The notes beneath the pieces are model-generated. The model had not been told where the DNA came from and ran no database searches. It saw nothing but the letters and a program-made list of their open reading frames with translations. Below, piece after piece: positions 9,794 to 18,699 of a DNA stretch of 64,000 nt (position 1 is the stretch's first letter; the number at the start of each line of letters is the position of its first letter). Source of the DNA: Acidobacteriota bacterium (GTDB taxonomy: Bacteria; Acidobacteriota; Vicinamibacteria; Vicinamibacterales; JAKQTR01); the NCBI GenBank assembly GCA_037133015.1, contig JBAXOX010000005.1:50086-114085 (forward strand), given 5' to 3'. Both the position numbers and the translations under genes were made by a program.

Positions 9794-10696
9794 ATGCGAA
9801 CCAAGAACGCGATCATCGTTGGCAGCCTGGTTGTGGCCGTCCTCGCCGCGACAATCCAGACCTCGGAGGCACAAGGCCGTGCTTCGCGTGGGCGCGACCA
9901 CCGCGGGTCTCGCGTCGCCGCCCGCGTGGCCACCGCCATCGTCGTCGGAGGCTTGCTCGGCGCGTTCTTCGAGACTCGAAGCCCCTACTACTGGGACGAC
10001 CAGCGCTATCCACCCTATGGCTATCCCCCGTACGACTACCCGCCGTACCGATATCCGCCGTACCGCTCTCGCATGATGTCGACCTCGGCCCAAGTGCGCG
10101 TCCAGATCGAGCCGTCGTCGGCCGAGGTGTACGTGGACGGGTATCTTGCAGGAAACGTCAGCGATTTCGACGGATTCTTCCAGCGGCTATACGTCTCGCC
10201 GGGTGCGCACGAGATCGTCGTGTATCAGGAGGGCTTCCGGAGTCTGGTCCGCCGGATGTACTTCTCGCCGAATTCGAGCCTCAGGATTCACGAGCGGCTC
10301 GAGCGGCTGGCGTTGGGAGAGCCGGTACCGTCTCGTCCGGTTCCCGCCGACGATCCGCAGGGGCTTAGAGACGCGCCGTCATCGCCCTACGGCCCCCCGG
10401 GTGGAGGCTACGACGAGCCCGCGCCGGGGCAGGGGCTGTCTGCGCGTCCGATGGCGCCCGCCGAGGCGGCGGTTGGCCAGGTGTCGGTGCGCGTGCAACC
10501 CGGCGACGCCGATGTCGTGATTGACGGCGAGCTGTGGCAGCGTGCGCAGGGGCTCGACCGGTTCGCCGTAACCCTGCCGGCCGGCGCGCACCGGGTCGAT
10601 GTCCGCAAGCCCGGGTTCGTGCCGTTCTCCACCGATGTCACCGTCAAGGCAGGCGAGACCCTTACGCTCAACGTCAGCTTGAGCGCGCGGCAATAA
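9794..10696 (+). CDS. Secreted PEGA-domain protein (two PEGA domains) with a YPPY pentapeptide repeat
   Basis: Lies within ORF 9773..10696. The preferred start is ATG 9794, 7 nt after GAGGAG (9781..9786), giving the signal peptide MRTKNAIIVGSLVVAVLAATIQTSEA. It contains the PPYGYPPYDYPPYRYPPYRS repeat. PEGA-like segments are VYVDGYLAG...SPGAHEIVVYQEGF and VVIDGELW...PAGAHRVDVRKPGFVPFSTDVTVKAGETLTLNVSL. Confidence 0.8.
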   Translation: MRTKNAIIVGSLVVAVLAATIQTSEAQGRASRGRDHRGSRVAARVATAIVVGGLLGAFFETRSPYYWDDQRYPPYGYPPYDYPPYRYPPYRSRMMSTSAQVRVQIEPSSAEVYVDGYLAGNVSDFDGFFQRLYVSPGAHEIVVYQEGFRSLVRRMYFSPNSSLRIHERLERLALGEPVPSRPVPADDPQGLRDAPSSPYGPPGGGYDEPAPGQGLSARPMAPAEAAVGQVSVRVQPGDADVVIDGELWQRAQGLDRFAVTLPAGAHRVDVRKPGFVPFSTDVTVKAGETLTLNVSLSARQ

Positions 10697-10711
10697 CTGG
10701 CCGACGCGAGC

Positions 10712-12625
10712 GTGATACGCTACTGGCGCCAACCCCACATGCCGGTTGTGCGCCCCGCCATGCCACAAGCCTCCCATCACGCCCGTGTCGCCGCGCAGGA
10801 ATTCCTGAAGATTGCCGGCGACTTCAGCCTCGGCGAATTGGTGACCGAGGCGGCACATCCGCGCTCGATCGACTTGAGCCACACCGCGAAAACCAGTGCG
10901 GCCAGCGGCTTGGCGACCTTGTTCGATATCGACCGGGACGTGATCGCCAAGTACGACGTGTGGTCGCAGTCGGCGCAGCCCGCGCAGTTGGCTGACGCCT
11001 GTGCCGACGCGCTTCGGCGAGGGCGGCGTCTTTTCTTCACCGGGTGCGGAGCGACCGGGCGCTTGAGCATTCAACTCGATGCCATCTGGCGGCGGTTCTG
11101 GCAGCGCCGCCGGGAGGAGGGACGGTCCGAGCCCAGCCCCGATCGGTGGGAAGGCCGCACCTGCAGCGTGATGGCTGGTGGCGACTTCGCGCTGATCAAG
11201 TCGGTGGAAGGCTTCGAGGATTTTGCGCCCTTCGGCCGTCAACAGATCCGCGATCAGGGCCTGGCGGCCGGCGACGTGGTGTTCGCGATCACCGAAGGCG
11301 GCGAAACCTCGTTTGTGATTGGCACCGCGTGGCAGGGCCTCGAATCGGGCGCCCGCGTGTTTTTCGTCTACAACAATCCCGACGACGTGCTCCGGGCGCA
11401 CGTCGTGCGCAGCCGGGACGTGATCGACGAACCACGTATCGAGAAGGTGAATCTGACGACCGGACCGATGGCGATCACCGGCTCGACGCGCATGCAGGCG
11501 ACGAGCATCCAGTTGCTGGCGATGCTGACGGTGCTCGAGATGACGACGCGGATGATGCTCGCCGACGCCGGTGTATCAGACGCCCGCGTCGGGCCGGCCG
11601 CCGCCGTGCCGGCCGAGGTGCGGCGCGATGTGGCCCTGGTCCACGCGGAGCTGGCGAGCGAACGGATCCTCGATCCGCTGGCCCGCCTGGTGGAGGCAGA
11701 AGAAGCCATCTATCGCGGCGGCCGGCGCACGTCGTACTTCGCGGCCGAACTGGCCGTCGATGTGCTGACCGATACGACCGAACGCAGCCCGACCTACTGC
11801 ACGCCCTCGTTCCGCAAGTGGGATGACGCCACCGCGGTCGAGTCGTGGGCCTTTCTGTTTGTGCCGGAGGCGACCACCGACGCCGCATGGCGTCGCGTCC
11901 TGTCGCGCCAGACTCAGACCATCGCGTGGACGGCCGATCAGCTTCGGGAGTGGCTCGACGAGAACGCCGCCGTGCAGCAGCAACACGTGCTGGACGCGAT
12001 CGGGCGGTCCGAGTTGATGCGGTTTCGCATCGGCCTCGACGGCCTGGCCTATCGGCCGTTCCGGCCCGGTGACGGGGCGATCGCGGTGGCGTCTGGTGCC
12101 GACCTGGCGTTGGCGTTAACGGCGTCCGGGGGGCTGGCCGTGGCGCTGGCGGGGGCCAGATCGGCCGGGGCACTGACGGCGCTGGTCGGAGTGGGCCCCT
12201 CGGCGATGCTCGAGAGACTGACCGGGTCGGTCGCGTGTGCGCAGGCCGACGTCGCGGTGTTCCTGCGGGTGCCCGACACCGCCTACCTGCTCGACCCGAT
12301 CTCGCGGGTCGGCGCGAAGATGTTGCTCAACGCGCTGTCGACGTGCACCATGGTTCGGCTGGGGCGGGTGCTCGGGAATCGGATGATCTGGGTCGTGCCG
12401 AGCAACCTCAAATTGATCGACCGGTCTACCCGCTACATCCGCGATCTGGCGGGTGTGTCCTACGAAACGGCATGCCTCGCCTTGTTCGAGGTGATTGAGT
12501 ACATCGAGCCGCGTCGCCGGGCCGGCCAGGCCTATCCGGCGCCGGTCGGGGTGGCCGTGATGCGACTCAGGCATGGTCTCGATCTGCCGGACGCCGAGCA
12601 CCGGTTGATCGAGGAATTGACCTGA
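10712..12625 (+). CDS. Double-SIS MurQ/glucokinase-regulatory-protein (GCKR)-family protein
   Basis: 637-aa ORF with N-terminal ELVTEAAHPRS and FFTGCGATGRLS (SIS phosphosugar loop). The C-terminal KMLLNALSTCTMVRLGRVLGNRMIWVVPSNLKLIDRSTRYI matches the MurQ/GCKR C-terminal helix region. The start is uncertain (GTG 10712, ATG 10739 or ATG 10760). Confidence 0.7.
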   Translation: MIRYWRQPHMPVVRPAMPQASHHARVAAQEFLKIAGDFSLGELVTEAAHPRSIDLSHTAKTSAASGLATLFDIDRDVIAKYDVWSQSAQPAQLADACADALRRGRRLFFTGCGATGRLSIQLDAIWRRFWQRRREEGRSEPSPDRWEGRTCSVMAGGDFALIKSVEGFEDFAPFGRQQIRDQGLAAGDVVFAITEGGETSFVIGTAWQGLESGARVFFVYNNPDDVLRAHVVRSRDVIDEPRIEKVNLTTGPMAITGSTRMQATSIQLLAMLTVLEMTTRMMLADAGVSDARVGPAAAVPAEVRRDVALVHAELASERILDPLARLVEAEEAIYRGGRRTSYFAAELAVDVLTDTTERSPTYCTPSFRKWDDATAVESWAFLFVPEATTDAAWRRVLSRQTQTIAWTADQLREWLDENAAVQQQHVLDAIGRSELMRFRIGLDGLAYRPFRPGDGAIAVASGADLALALTASGGLAVALAGARSAGALTALVGVGPSAMLERLTGSVACAQADVAVFLRVPDTAYLLDPISRVGAKMLLNALSTCTMVRLGRVLGNRMIWVVPSNLKLIDRSTRYIRDLAGVSYETACLALFEVIEYIEPRRRAGQAYPAPVGVAVMRLRHGLDLPDAEHRLIEELT

Positions 12626-12713
12626 GCCGGCAGGCTCGGCCCGGATCAGGCGGCTCGCGGGGCGGCCGCTCCGGTGTAGACTGGCGGCACGTGAAGACGA
12701 GGACGGGAAGCCG

Positions 12714-13586
12714 ATGAAAGCCCTGAAGCGACACCGTCAGACCAATATTCCCTACGCGGAAAGCGATACCTGGCGGACCTTGTTCGTCCGCAAGAAGGAT
12801 CTGCGGCCGGGGGATTTTTTCCTGACGTCGTACCCGGCTCCGACCAGCGCCGCCGCGAAGGCCGCGTCGGCCGATGGCCCCTACTCGCATATGGTGCTGG
12901 TCCTCAATAACTCGTTTGTGCTCGAATCGGCTCCCGATGGGGTGTTCTTCTCGTCGTTGTGGCCCTTCCGGTTCGAACGCGACCACCGCGAGCCGTTCTT
13001 GTGGAATTGTCTCGTGCAGCTCGAGCAGCCGCCCTCTCGGCTCGGTCACTTCAGGCACCGGGCCATCTACCGGCTTGAGCCGGCGGCCCTCGAACGCACG
13101 CTCGACGCCCTCGCGGCGCAGCAGATTGCCAATCTGTACCCGGCGCCGGCCGTCGCCCTGCATTCGGGATCCGAGTCGCTGTCAAAGCTGGTGCGCGTGC
13201 CGGAAGGCGGCACCAGGAAACCGGAAATCGCCGACGCCGGCGCGTTCTGCGCGGAGCTGGCGGCGAAGTTTCTCGCCGAGTTGCGGCTGCCGCTGCTGGG
13301 TGATGACGACGGCGCGGGGCCCATCACGCCGAACACGCTGGCGCGATCGCCCCACATCAAGTTCATCGAAGACAGTCTCTGCGAACCCGACGAACATGCC
13401 GAGGTCAACGAGACGTTGCTCGAAGAATTGCTGCCTATTGTCCGGCTGGCGCCGCGCAGGGCATTGCTGGTCTCATCGGCACCGGCCCTCGCCCCGCGCA
13501 GGGGCCGCGGCGGCGGCGACGACGACGACGATCCGAGCGAGCCGCCGGCGCTTCCACGCAGGCGGCCGCGCTCGTCGGCGTCCTGA
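12714..13586 (+). CDS. Hypothetical protein, possibly a permuted papain-like (YiiX/YaeF, NlpC/P60-related) hydrolase with an Arg/Asp/Gly-rich tail
   Basis: 290-aa ORF. The motif order LRPGDFFLTS ... YSHMVLVL ... VLESAPDGVFF ... GAFCAELAAKFL (His before Cys) resembles permuted NlpC/P60 enzymes. This is a weak, memory-based assignment. Confidence 0.4.
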   Translation: MKALKRHRQTNIPYAESDTWRTLFVRKKDLRPGDFFLTSYPAPTSAAAKAASADGPYSHMVLVLNNSFVLESAPDGVFFSSLWPFRFERDHREPFLWNCLVQLEQPPSRLGHFRHRAIYRLEPAALERTLDALAAQQIANLYPAPAVALHSGSESLSKLVRVPEGGTRKPEIADAGAFCAELAAKFLAELRLPLLGDDDGAGPITPNTLARSPHIKFIEDSLCEPDEHAEVNETLLEELLPIVRLAPRRALLVSSAPALAPRRGRGGGDDDDDPSEPPALPRRRPRSSAS

Positions 13587-13604
13587 CGGAACTGAAGCGA
13601 CGTC

Positions 13605-15104
13605 CTATTTCTGGCGTCCACGTCCCGGCGGGCCCGGGTAGCGCGACGGTCCGCCTGGTCCGGATCGCGAGGGTCTCGCCCCGCCCGGTCCTGACGAACC
13701 GGGCCGCGATCCGCCCGAGCCGGCCGGGCCTGGTCTGGCCCCGCCGGACCCCGACGGCCCGGGCCGCTGTCCACCGGCCCCGCCAGGTCCCGAATGCCCC
13801 GGCCGAGCGCTTCCCGATCGGCCGCCGGCCGATGGCGAATTGCCCGAGCGCGGGTATTGGCCACCGCCCGATGCCGGGCGGCCGCTCGATCGGCTGGGAG
13901 ATTGGCCGCGCGGCCGTCTGTTGGCGCGCATCGCGGCGAGGCGGTCGGCCAGCGGAATCTCAAGCCGTTCCTTGGCCACCGCGTTGTAGTCGAAATCGGG
14001 GACCGTGACGCGAGGCAAACGCTTGCCGATGGCCTGCTCGATCCGCCGCAGGTCGGTCTCGTCTTCGCGCGCCACGAGGGTAAACGCGTCGCCGACCGCA
14101 TCGGCTCGTCCCGTGCGGCCCACGCGATGGATGTAATCGTCGGGCACCTTGGGCACGTCGAAGTTCACGACATGTCCGAGTTCCTGCACGTCGATCCCGC
14201 GCGCCGCAATGTCGGTGGCGACCAGCACGCGGTGCGTGCCGCTCTTGAAGCCCGCCAGCGCCGCGTTCCGCTGACCCTGGGACCGGTTTCCGTGAATCCG
14301 CTCCGCCGAGATGCCGTGCTGGACCAGATACTCGGCAAGCCGATTGGCCCGGTGTTTCGTGCGGGTGAAGACCAGCGCGTCCTGAATGTCGCCGCGCTGG
14401 AGCAGGGCGACCAGGAGCGCCGATTTCAGGTGCTGCTGCACCGGGTACACGGCGTGCGTGATGCCAACCGCGGGCGCCTGTTTTCGTTCGAGCTGGATCA
14501 TGACCGGCGATCGCAGCAGTTCGCGCGCCAGCCCCAGGATCTCGTTTGGCATCGTGGCGCTGAAGAACAACGTCTGCCGCCGAACCGGCAGCAGACGCAG
14601 GATGCGGCGGATGTCGGGCAGAAACCCCATGTCGAGCATCCGGTCCGCCTCGTCGAGCACCAGATACTCCAGGCCCGCCAGCTTCGCGTACGACTGGCGC
14701 GTGTGATCGAGCAACCGGCCCGGCGTGGCGATGATCACGTCGGTGCCGCTGCGGAACGCGTGTTCCTGCGGGCCCATGCCGACCCCGCCAATCACGGCGG
14801 CGCCGGTGACCGAGGTGTGGACCGCCATGTCGTTGAGGGCCTCGAGGATCTGGATCGCCAGTTCGCGCGTCGGCGTCAGCACCAGCGCGCGCGTGGTCTT
14901 TCGCGGTTTGTTGATCAACCCGTTGATGATCGGCAACAGGAAGGCCGCCGTCTTGCCGCTGCCCGTCATGGCGCACGCAAGCACGTCCTTCCCTTCGAGG
15001 GCGGGCGGAATGGCTTCGGCCTGCACGGGAGTCGGGCGCGCATAGCCGAGTTCTTTGATCGCTTTGAGCAGGCTGGCGTCGAGCTGTAAGCCGGTGAATG
15101 GCAC
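13605..15104 (-). CDS. DEAD-box ATP-dependent RNA helicase (RhlE-like) with a Gly/Arg/Pro-rich C-terminal tail
   Basis: 499-aa ORF (GTG start) with the motifs AMTGSGKTAAF (I), PTRELA (Ia), DEAD (II), SAT (III), ARGID (V) and HRVGRTGRA (VI). The tail carries degenerate GGxRPGxSG repeats. Confidence 0.95.
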   Translation of the reverse strand: MPFTGLQLDASLLKAIKELGYARPTPVQAEAIPPALEGKDVLACAMTGSGKTAAFLLPIINGLINKPRKTTRALVLTPTRELAIQILEALNDMAVHTSVTGAAVIGGVGMGPQEHAFRSGTDVIIATPGRLLDHTRQSYAKLAGLEYLVLDEADRMLDMGFLPDIRRILRLLPVRRQTLFFSATMPNEILGLARELLRSPVMIQLERKQAPAVGITHAVYPVQQHLKSALLVALLQRGDIQDALVFTRTKHRANRLAEYLVQHGISAERIHGNRSQGQRNAALAGFKSGTHRVLVATDIAARGIDVQELGHVVNFDVPKVPDDYIHRVGRTGRADAVGDAFTLVAREDETDLRRIEQAIGKRLPRVTVPDFDYNAVAKERLEIPLADRLAAMRANRRPRGQSPSRSSGRPASGGGQYPRSGNSPSAGGRSGSARPGHSGPGGAGGQRPGPSGSGGARPGPAGSGGSRPGSSGPGGARPSRSGPGGPSRYPGPPGRGRQK

Positions 15105-15377
15105 CGCGCGGTCCTTTGAAATGGGCGCCGTCCCCGGATAGGCGGGCGCCGTTGAGCGGGCGGGGTCACACCAACGCGGTCCGCATCCACGTGCAGCACC
15201 GGGACCGCGATTCAGTGAAAGACCGAACGTCCTAGCATGTCACACCACGGGCGCGGCCGCCTAACCGCGTCCAGAGCGGCACGTCGGCCCCATGGCCGGG
15301 GCGTGCGAAAGGGGAGGGGGCCGCCGGGCGACGCACCCTCATGGGGGCGCCGCCACGGCGGGATACATCAGGGACGG

Positions 15378-15866
15378 TTACGGACCGACCTTCCAGTTCA
15401 CGTTGCCCTTGTCGTCGGTCATCGTGATGATCACCGGCGCGGTCTTGCCGTCGGCGGTCTTGGCGGTGCACTCGAAGGTTTTCCCGGTGATCGAGACGCG
15501 GTATTTGCCGCCGCACGACACGGTGGCGTCCACCGACGCCTGCTGCTTGAGGCCGGTGACGATCTGGGTTTCCAGCGCCAACAGATCCATCAGGTTCTCG
15601 GTGTTCTTCACTTTCCAGTCGATGTGCGCATTGGCGTCGGTCTGCGTCACCGTCACTGTGAGCGTGCCGCCCGACTGCACCGCCGCGGTGCACTCGAAGC
15701 TGTCGCCGGCCTTGGCCTCGCGGCTCTCCGGGCAGGTGAGCGACGAGATCGTCACGCCGAGCTTTTCGTTCAACCCGGCGCTGATCGCCGTTTTGACCGA
15801 GTCCACGTTGAGTGTCTTGGTGCAGGCCGCCATCAGCAGCAGGGGGACGATCGCCATCTTTCTCAT
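15378..15866 (-). CDS. DUF4333-like lipoprotein
   Basis: Only the 3' 162 codons of ORF 15378..16706 look real. ATG 15866 is preceded by AAGGAG, and MRKMAIVPLLLMAAC is a lipobox. Two repeated halves have paired Cys (TCPES...FECTA; SCGG...FECTA), typical of DUF4333. Confidence 0.75.
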   Translation of the reverse strand: MRKMAIVPLLLMAACTKTLNVDSVKTAISAGLNEKLGVTISSLTCPESREAKAGDSFECTAAVQSGGTLTVTVTQTDANAHIDWKVKNTENLMDLLALETQIVTGLKQQASVDATVSCGGKYRVSITGKTFECTAKTADGKTAPVIITMTDDKGNVNWKVGP

Positions 15867-16030
15867 GCGCACTCCTTTAGTCTGGTTGGTCGTTCGACCC
15901 GACGCGATCCCCGAGCCGTGTCCACGGGCCGTGCGACGGGCTCGGACAGGACGACGCCGGAGTGGCGGCGCCGACGCGGATCGTGACCGGGTGGGTCCGT
16001 ATGACGAAAGTATAGCAAAGTGCCCGGCGT

Positions 16031-16447
16031 TCAGTCCTTCGATCCGAAGTGATACGAGATCAGCTTCCAGGTGCCGTTTTCCTGGACGAGGCTGAATGAG
16101 GCGGGCACCGTCGTCCCGGCTTTGAGCGTCACCGTTCCGCCGAGTTTGGCGCCGCTGGTATCGATGCTCCGGTCGCTGAACGTCGTGCTGGCGATGGCAA
16201 ACAAGGAGGGATTCGCCTTGACCGTCGCGGTAAACGCGGCGAGGGGCTGGCTCTCCTTGAGCGGGACCGAGAAGTAGTCGTGGGCCCGGGCGTAATCGCC
16301 GGCCGCGGCGGCGTCGACAAACGATCGGACGACCTGCTCGGGGCCGGCCGTCAGCGTCTTGACGGTGAAGAACAGGATGACCACGCCGACGATCACCAGC
16401 ACGAGCAGTGCGCCGCAGCCGATGCCGATCCGCTTTCCCCAGCCCAT
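16031..16447 (-). CDS. Membrane-anchored NTF2-like protein (DUF4864-like)
   Basis: 138-aa ORF with an N-terminal TM helix (GALLVLVIVGVVILFF), then VVRSFVDAAAAGDYARAHDYFS ... ENGTWKLISYHF, typical of small SnoaL/NTF2-like domains. Confidence 0.5.
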   Translation of the reverse strand: MGWGKRIGIGCGALLVLVIVGVVILFFTVKTLTAGPEQVVRSFVDAAAAGDYARAHDYFSVPLKESQPLAAFTATVKANPSLFAIASTTFSDRSIDTSGAKLGGTVTLKAGTTVPASFSLVQENGTWKLISYHFGSKD

Positions 16448-16625
16448 AGTGACCTCCCGTTCGAGTGAGCGACGGCGCCTGATTGGGCGCGTGGTTGCCT
16501 GAGTATACGCCGCCGGAGGGCGAACCTGGCATGGAGTGCGCGTCGGGGTGGCGGGGCGGTGGTGGCCGGTGCGGCGCCGCCCCTCGCGTCGTGCGGCCGC
16601 GCGTGCGATCCGGCGCGGGGCGCAT

Positions 16626-16684
16626 AACCGTAAAACCGTAAAACCTTATAAACGGTAAGAAATCAACACGGTAGAACGGTAAGA
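16626..16684 (+). promoter_or_regulatory. AT-rich repeat array (candidate operator): 2x ACCGT then 3x ACGGT (its reverse complement)
   Basis: The sequence reads AACCGTAAAACCGTAAAACC-TTATAA-AACGGTAAGA-aatcaac-ACGGT-aga-AACGGTAAGA. The 10-mer AACGGTAAGA occurs twice (16651..16660 and 16675..16684). The array sits just upstream of a sigma70-like promoter and an RHH gene. Confidence 0.5.
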
Positions 16685-16696
16685 GGGATATAGGGC

Positions 16697-16725
16697 TTGA
16701 CGGCAACCCGTATAGCCGCTATCCT
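16697..16725 (+). promoter_or_regulatory. Sigma70-like promoter giving a leaderless or near-leaderless RHH-ftsB transcript
   Basis: TTGACG (16697..16702), a 17-nt spacer, then TATCCT (16720..16725). The ATG at 16734 is only 8 nt after the -10 box and has no Shine-Dalgarno sequence. Confidence 0.45.
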
Positions 16726-16733
16726 GTCGCCCC

Positions 16734-16931
16734 ATGAGCCCGCGCACCAACCAGAAACACCAGGCGATCCGCCAGGGGCGCGGCGTCAAGACCACCATCG
16801 AGCTGCCAGAGGCCGTGTGGCGGGCCGCCAAGATCCGCGCCGTCGAGGACTACACCGACCTCCGCACCGTCGTGATCGCCGCCCTCGGCGCCTACCTGCG
16901 CATCACCATCGCCTCCGACCGCCATGCATAA
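16734..16931 (+). CDS. Ribbon-helix-helix (CopG/VapB-antitoxin-like) small DNA-binding protein
   Basis: In this 65-aa ORF, KTTIELPEAVWRAAKIRAVEDYTDLRTVVIAALGAYL fits the RHH beta-strand/helix/helix pattern of CopG-type antitoxins. It overlaps ftsB by 8 nt, and no toxin gene is adjacent. Confidence 0.65.
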   Translation: MSPRTNQKHQAIRQGRGVKTTIELPEAVWRAAKIRAVEDYTDLRTVVIAALGAYLRITIASDRHA

Positions 16932-17241
16932 GCCCGGCCTCCGCCAGCCCGCCAGCCTCGGTAAACGGCTCCTGGTGCCGCTGGGGATCGCGTGTGTCGC
17001 CCTCATCGTGCTGGTCGGCGTGCCCGAGGGCCTCAGTGTGCTGGACGCCCGCCAGAAGGCCCGGACCCTCACCGCCGAGATTGCCCGCCTCCGGCTCGAC
17101 AACCGCGGACTTCGCGAACGGGTTCGCAGTCTGCGCGAGGATCCCGCCGCCATCGAAGACGTCGCCCGGCGCGAACTGGGCATGCTCCGCCGCGGCGAAG
17201 TGCTCTTCATCATCAAAGACGTGCCGACCCGGTCGAAGTAG
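16924..17241 (+). CDS. ftsB: Septum formation initiator FtsB/DivIC family protein
   Basis: 105-aa ORF with a single N-terminal TM helix, a coiled coil (LTAEIARLRLDNRGLRERVRSL), and the conserved REDPAAIEDVARRELGMLRRGEVLF tail. Confidence 0.8.
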   Translation: MHKPGLRQPASLGKRLLVPLGIACVALIVLVGVPEGLSVLDARQKARTLTAEIARLRLDNRGLRERVRSLREDPAAIEDVARRELGMLRRGEVLFIIKDVPTRSK

Positions 17242-17307
17242 ACCACCGCGCCCGCGCTCCTGCCATCGCCTGAGATATACTGTCGGCATACATCCGCATC
17301 CCGACCT

Positions 17308-18699
17308 GTGCTCCCGCTGGCTGCTGCGGCGGTGTGGCCGTGGCCGACCGCGAGGCCGGTGCAGGGGCGCCGAACGATCGACCGAGGGCGCGTGACCGAC
17401 GCTGCGAACGACTCGATCCGAATCGCACCGCTCCAGGTGGCGGTGCGGCTGGCGGCCGCGGCCCTTCCGCTCGTCTGCTGGCCGGATCTGCCTGCCCCAT
17501 TCTCGTCGCCAAAACGCTGGCTGCTCTGCGGGACCGTCGCCGTCCTGCTGCCCGTGCTGACGTGGCGAGTGTGGCGCAGCCCCAGCCGCGCGAGCACGGG
17601 GGCCGATGTCGCCCCGTCGCCAGTCGCTCCCGGCCTTCAGCTCGTGCTGGCGGTGTGGCTGGCCTCGTTCGCGGGCTCTGCCCTGGCCGCGCCAGACGTG
17701 TCGCCCGAGGCGCTCCTGCTGGGCGTGGTCGGCCCGTTGTGGGGACTGGTAGTGGCGCTGGCCGCCATGCCTGTCGCCGCCCTGTCCGGCGCCCACGTGG
17801 CGGGGACCGCCGCCATGGCGTGCATCGCCATCAGTCAGTGGGCCGGCGCCGACCCCATCGGATGGCTCGGCTGGACGCCGGGCGTCGAAGGCGGCGCCAT
17901 CCGGCTGCGCGTCTACGGCACGCTGGGCAATCCGAACTTTGTCGCCGCGCTGGCGGCCATCACCATTCCGCTGGCCTGTGCTCGCGCCATTGCTCAGGAC
18001 GGCGGGTTTCATCGGCGCCTGTGGGCGGGCGTCGCGGTGGTCGTGCTCGCCACCGGGCTCGTCGTGACAGGCTCGCGCGCCGGGGCACTCGGGCTGGCGT
18101 CGGGCGTCGCGGTCTTCGGGATGATGTCGGGCCACCGCCGATCGCGACTGCTCGCGTTGGGTGCCGTGCTGGTGGCGGCGCTGGCGATGGCCGGGTCCGG
18201 CGCCCGCGGCCTGGCCGACACGAGCGACGGCCGCGTCTACATCTGGAAGACCGCCTGGTCGCACGCCTGGGATCGGCCGTGGGCCGGCTTGGGCCCGGGC
18301 GCGTTCGAATTGCACTACCCCGGCTGGGACCGACGCGCGCAGGCGGCGGGTGAGGCGGGCAGCGCCGATCTGCGGTTTGCCGGCCCCCAGCAGGCCGCCC
18401 ACAACGACTATCTCCAGTCGCTGCTCGAGCGCGGTGTTCCTGGACTCGTCGCATTCCTGCTCGCCGTGGCGACCCCCGCGATGCTGTGGCGCCGATCCCG
18501 TCTGCTCGTGCCCGAGACGCGCGCCGCAGTGGCGGGTGCCGCGGGGGCCATCGCCGCCGGCGCCACCGTCGCGCTCTTCGACTTTCCGTTCCAGCGTCCC
18601 GCCGAGACCGCCGCCCTGTTCATGGCGCTCGCTCTGGCGTGGCAGTCCGCCTCCCTCGCATCGGTCCGTCTCTCACCCATAGGAGAACTGTCCCCATGA
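17308..18699 (+). CDS. O-antigen ligase/polymerase family (Wzy_C) membrane protein
   Basis: 463-aa polytopic ORF with YGTLGNPNFVAALAAITIPL, TGSRAGALGL and AHNDYLQSLLERGVPGLV (Wzy_C hallmarks). The start codon (GTG 17308) is uncertain. Confidence 0.8.
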   Translation: MLPLAAAAVWPWPTARPVQGRRTIDRGRVTDAANDSIRIAPLQVAVRLAAAALPLVCWPDLPAPFSSPKRWLLCGTVAVLLPVLTWRVWRSPSRASTGADVAPSPVAPGLQLVLAVWLASFAGSALAAPDVSPEALLLGVVGPLWGLVVALAAMPVAALSGAHVAGTAAMACIAISQWAGADPIGWLGWTPGVEGGAIRLRVYGTLGNPNFVAALAAITIPLACARAIAQDGGFHRRLWAGVAVVVLATGLVVTGSRAGALGLASGVAVFGMMSGHRRSRLLALGAVLVAALAMAGSGARGLADTSDGRVYIWKTAWSHAWDRPWAGLGPGAFELHYPGWDRRAQAAGEAGSADLRFAGPQQAAHNDYLQSLLERGVPGLVAFLLAVATPAMLWRRSRLLVPETRAAVAGAAGAIAAGATVALFDFPFQRPAETAALFMALALAWQSASLASVRLSPIGELSP

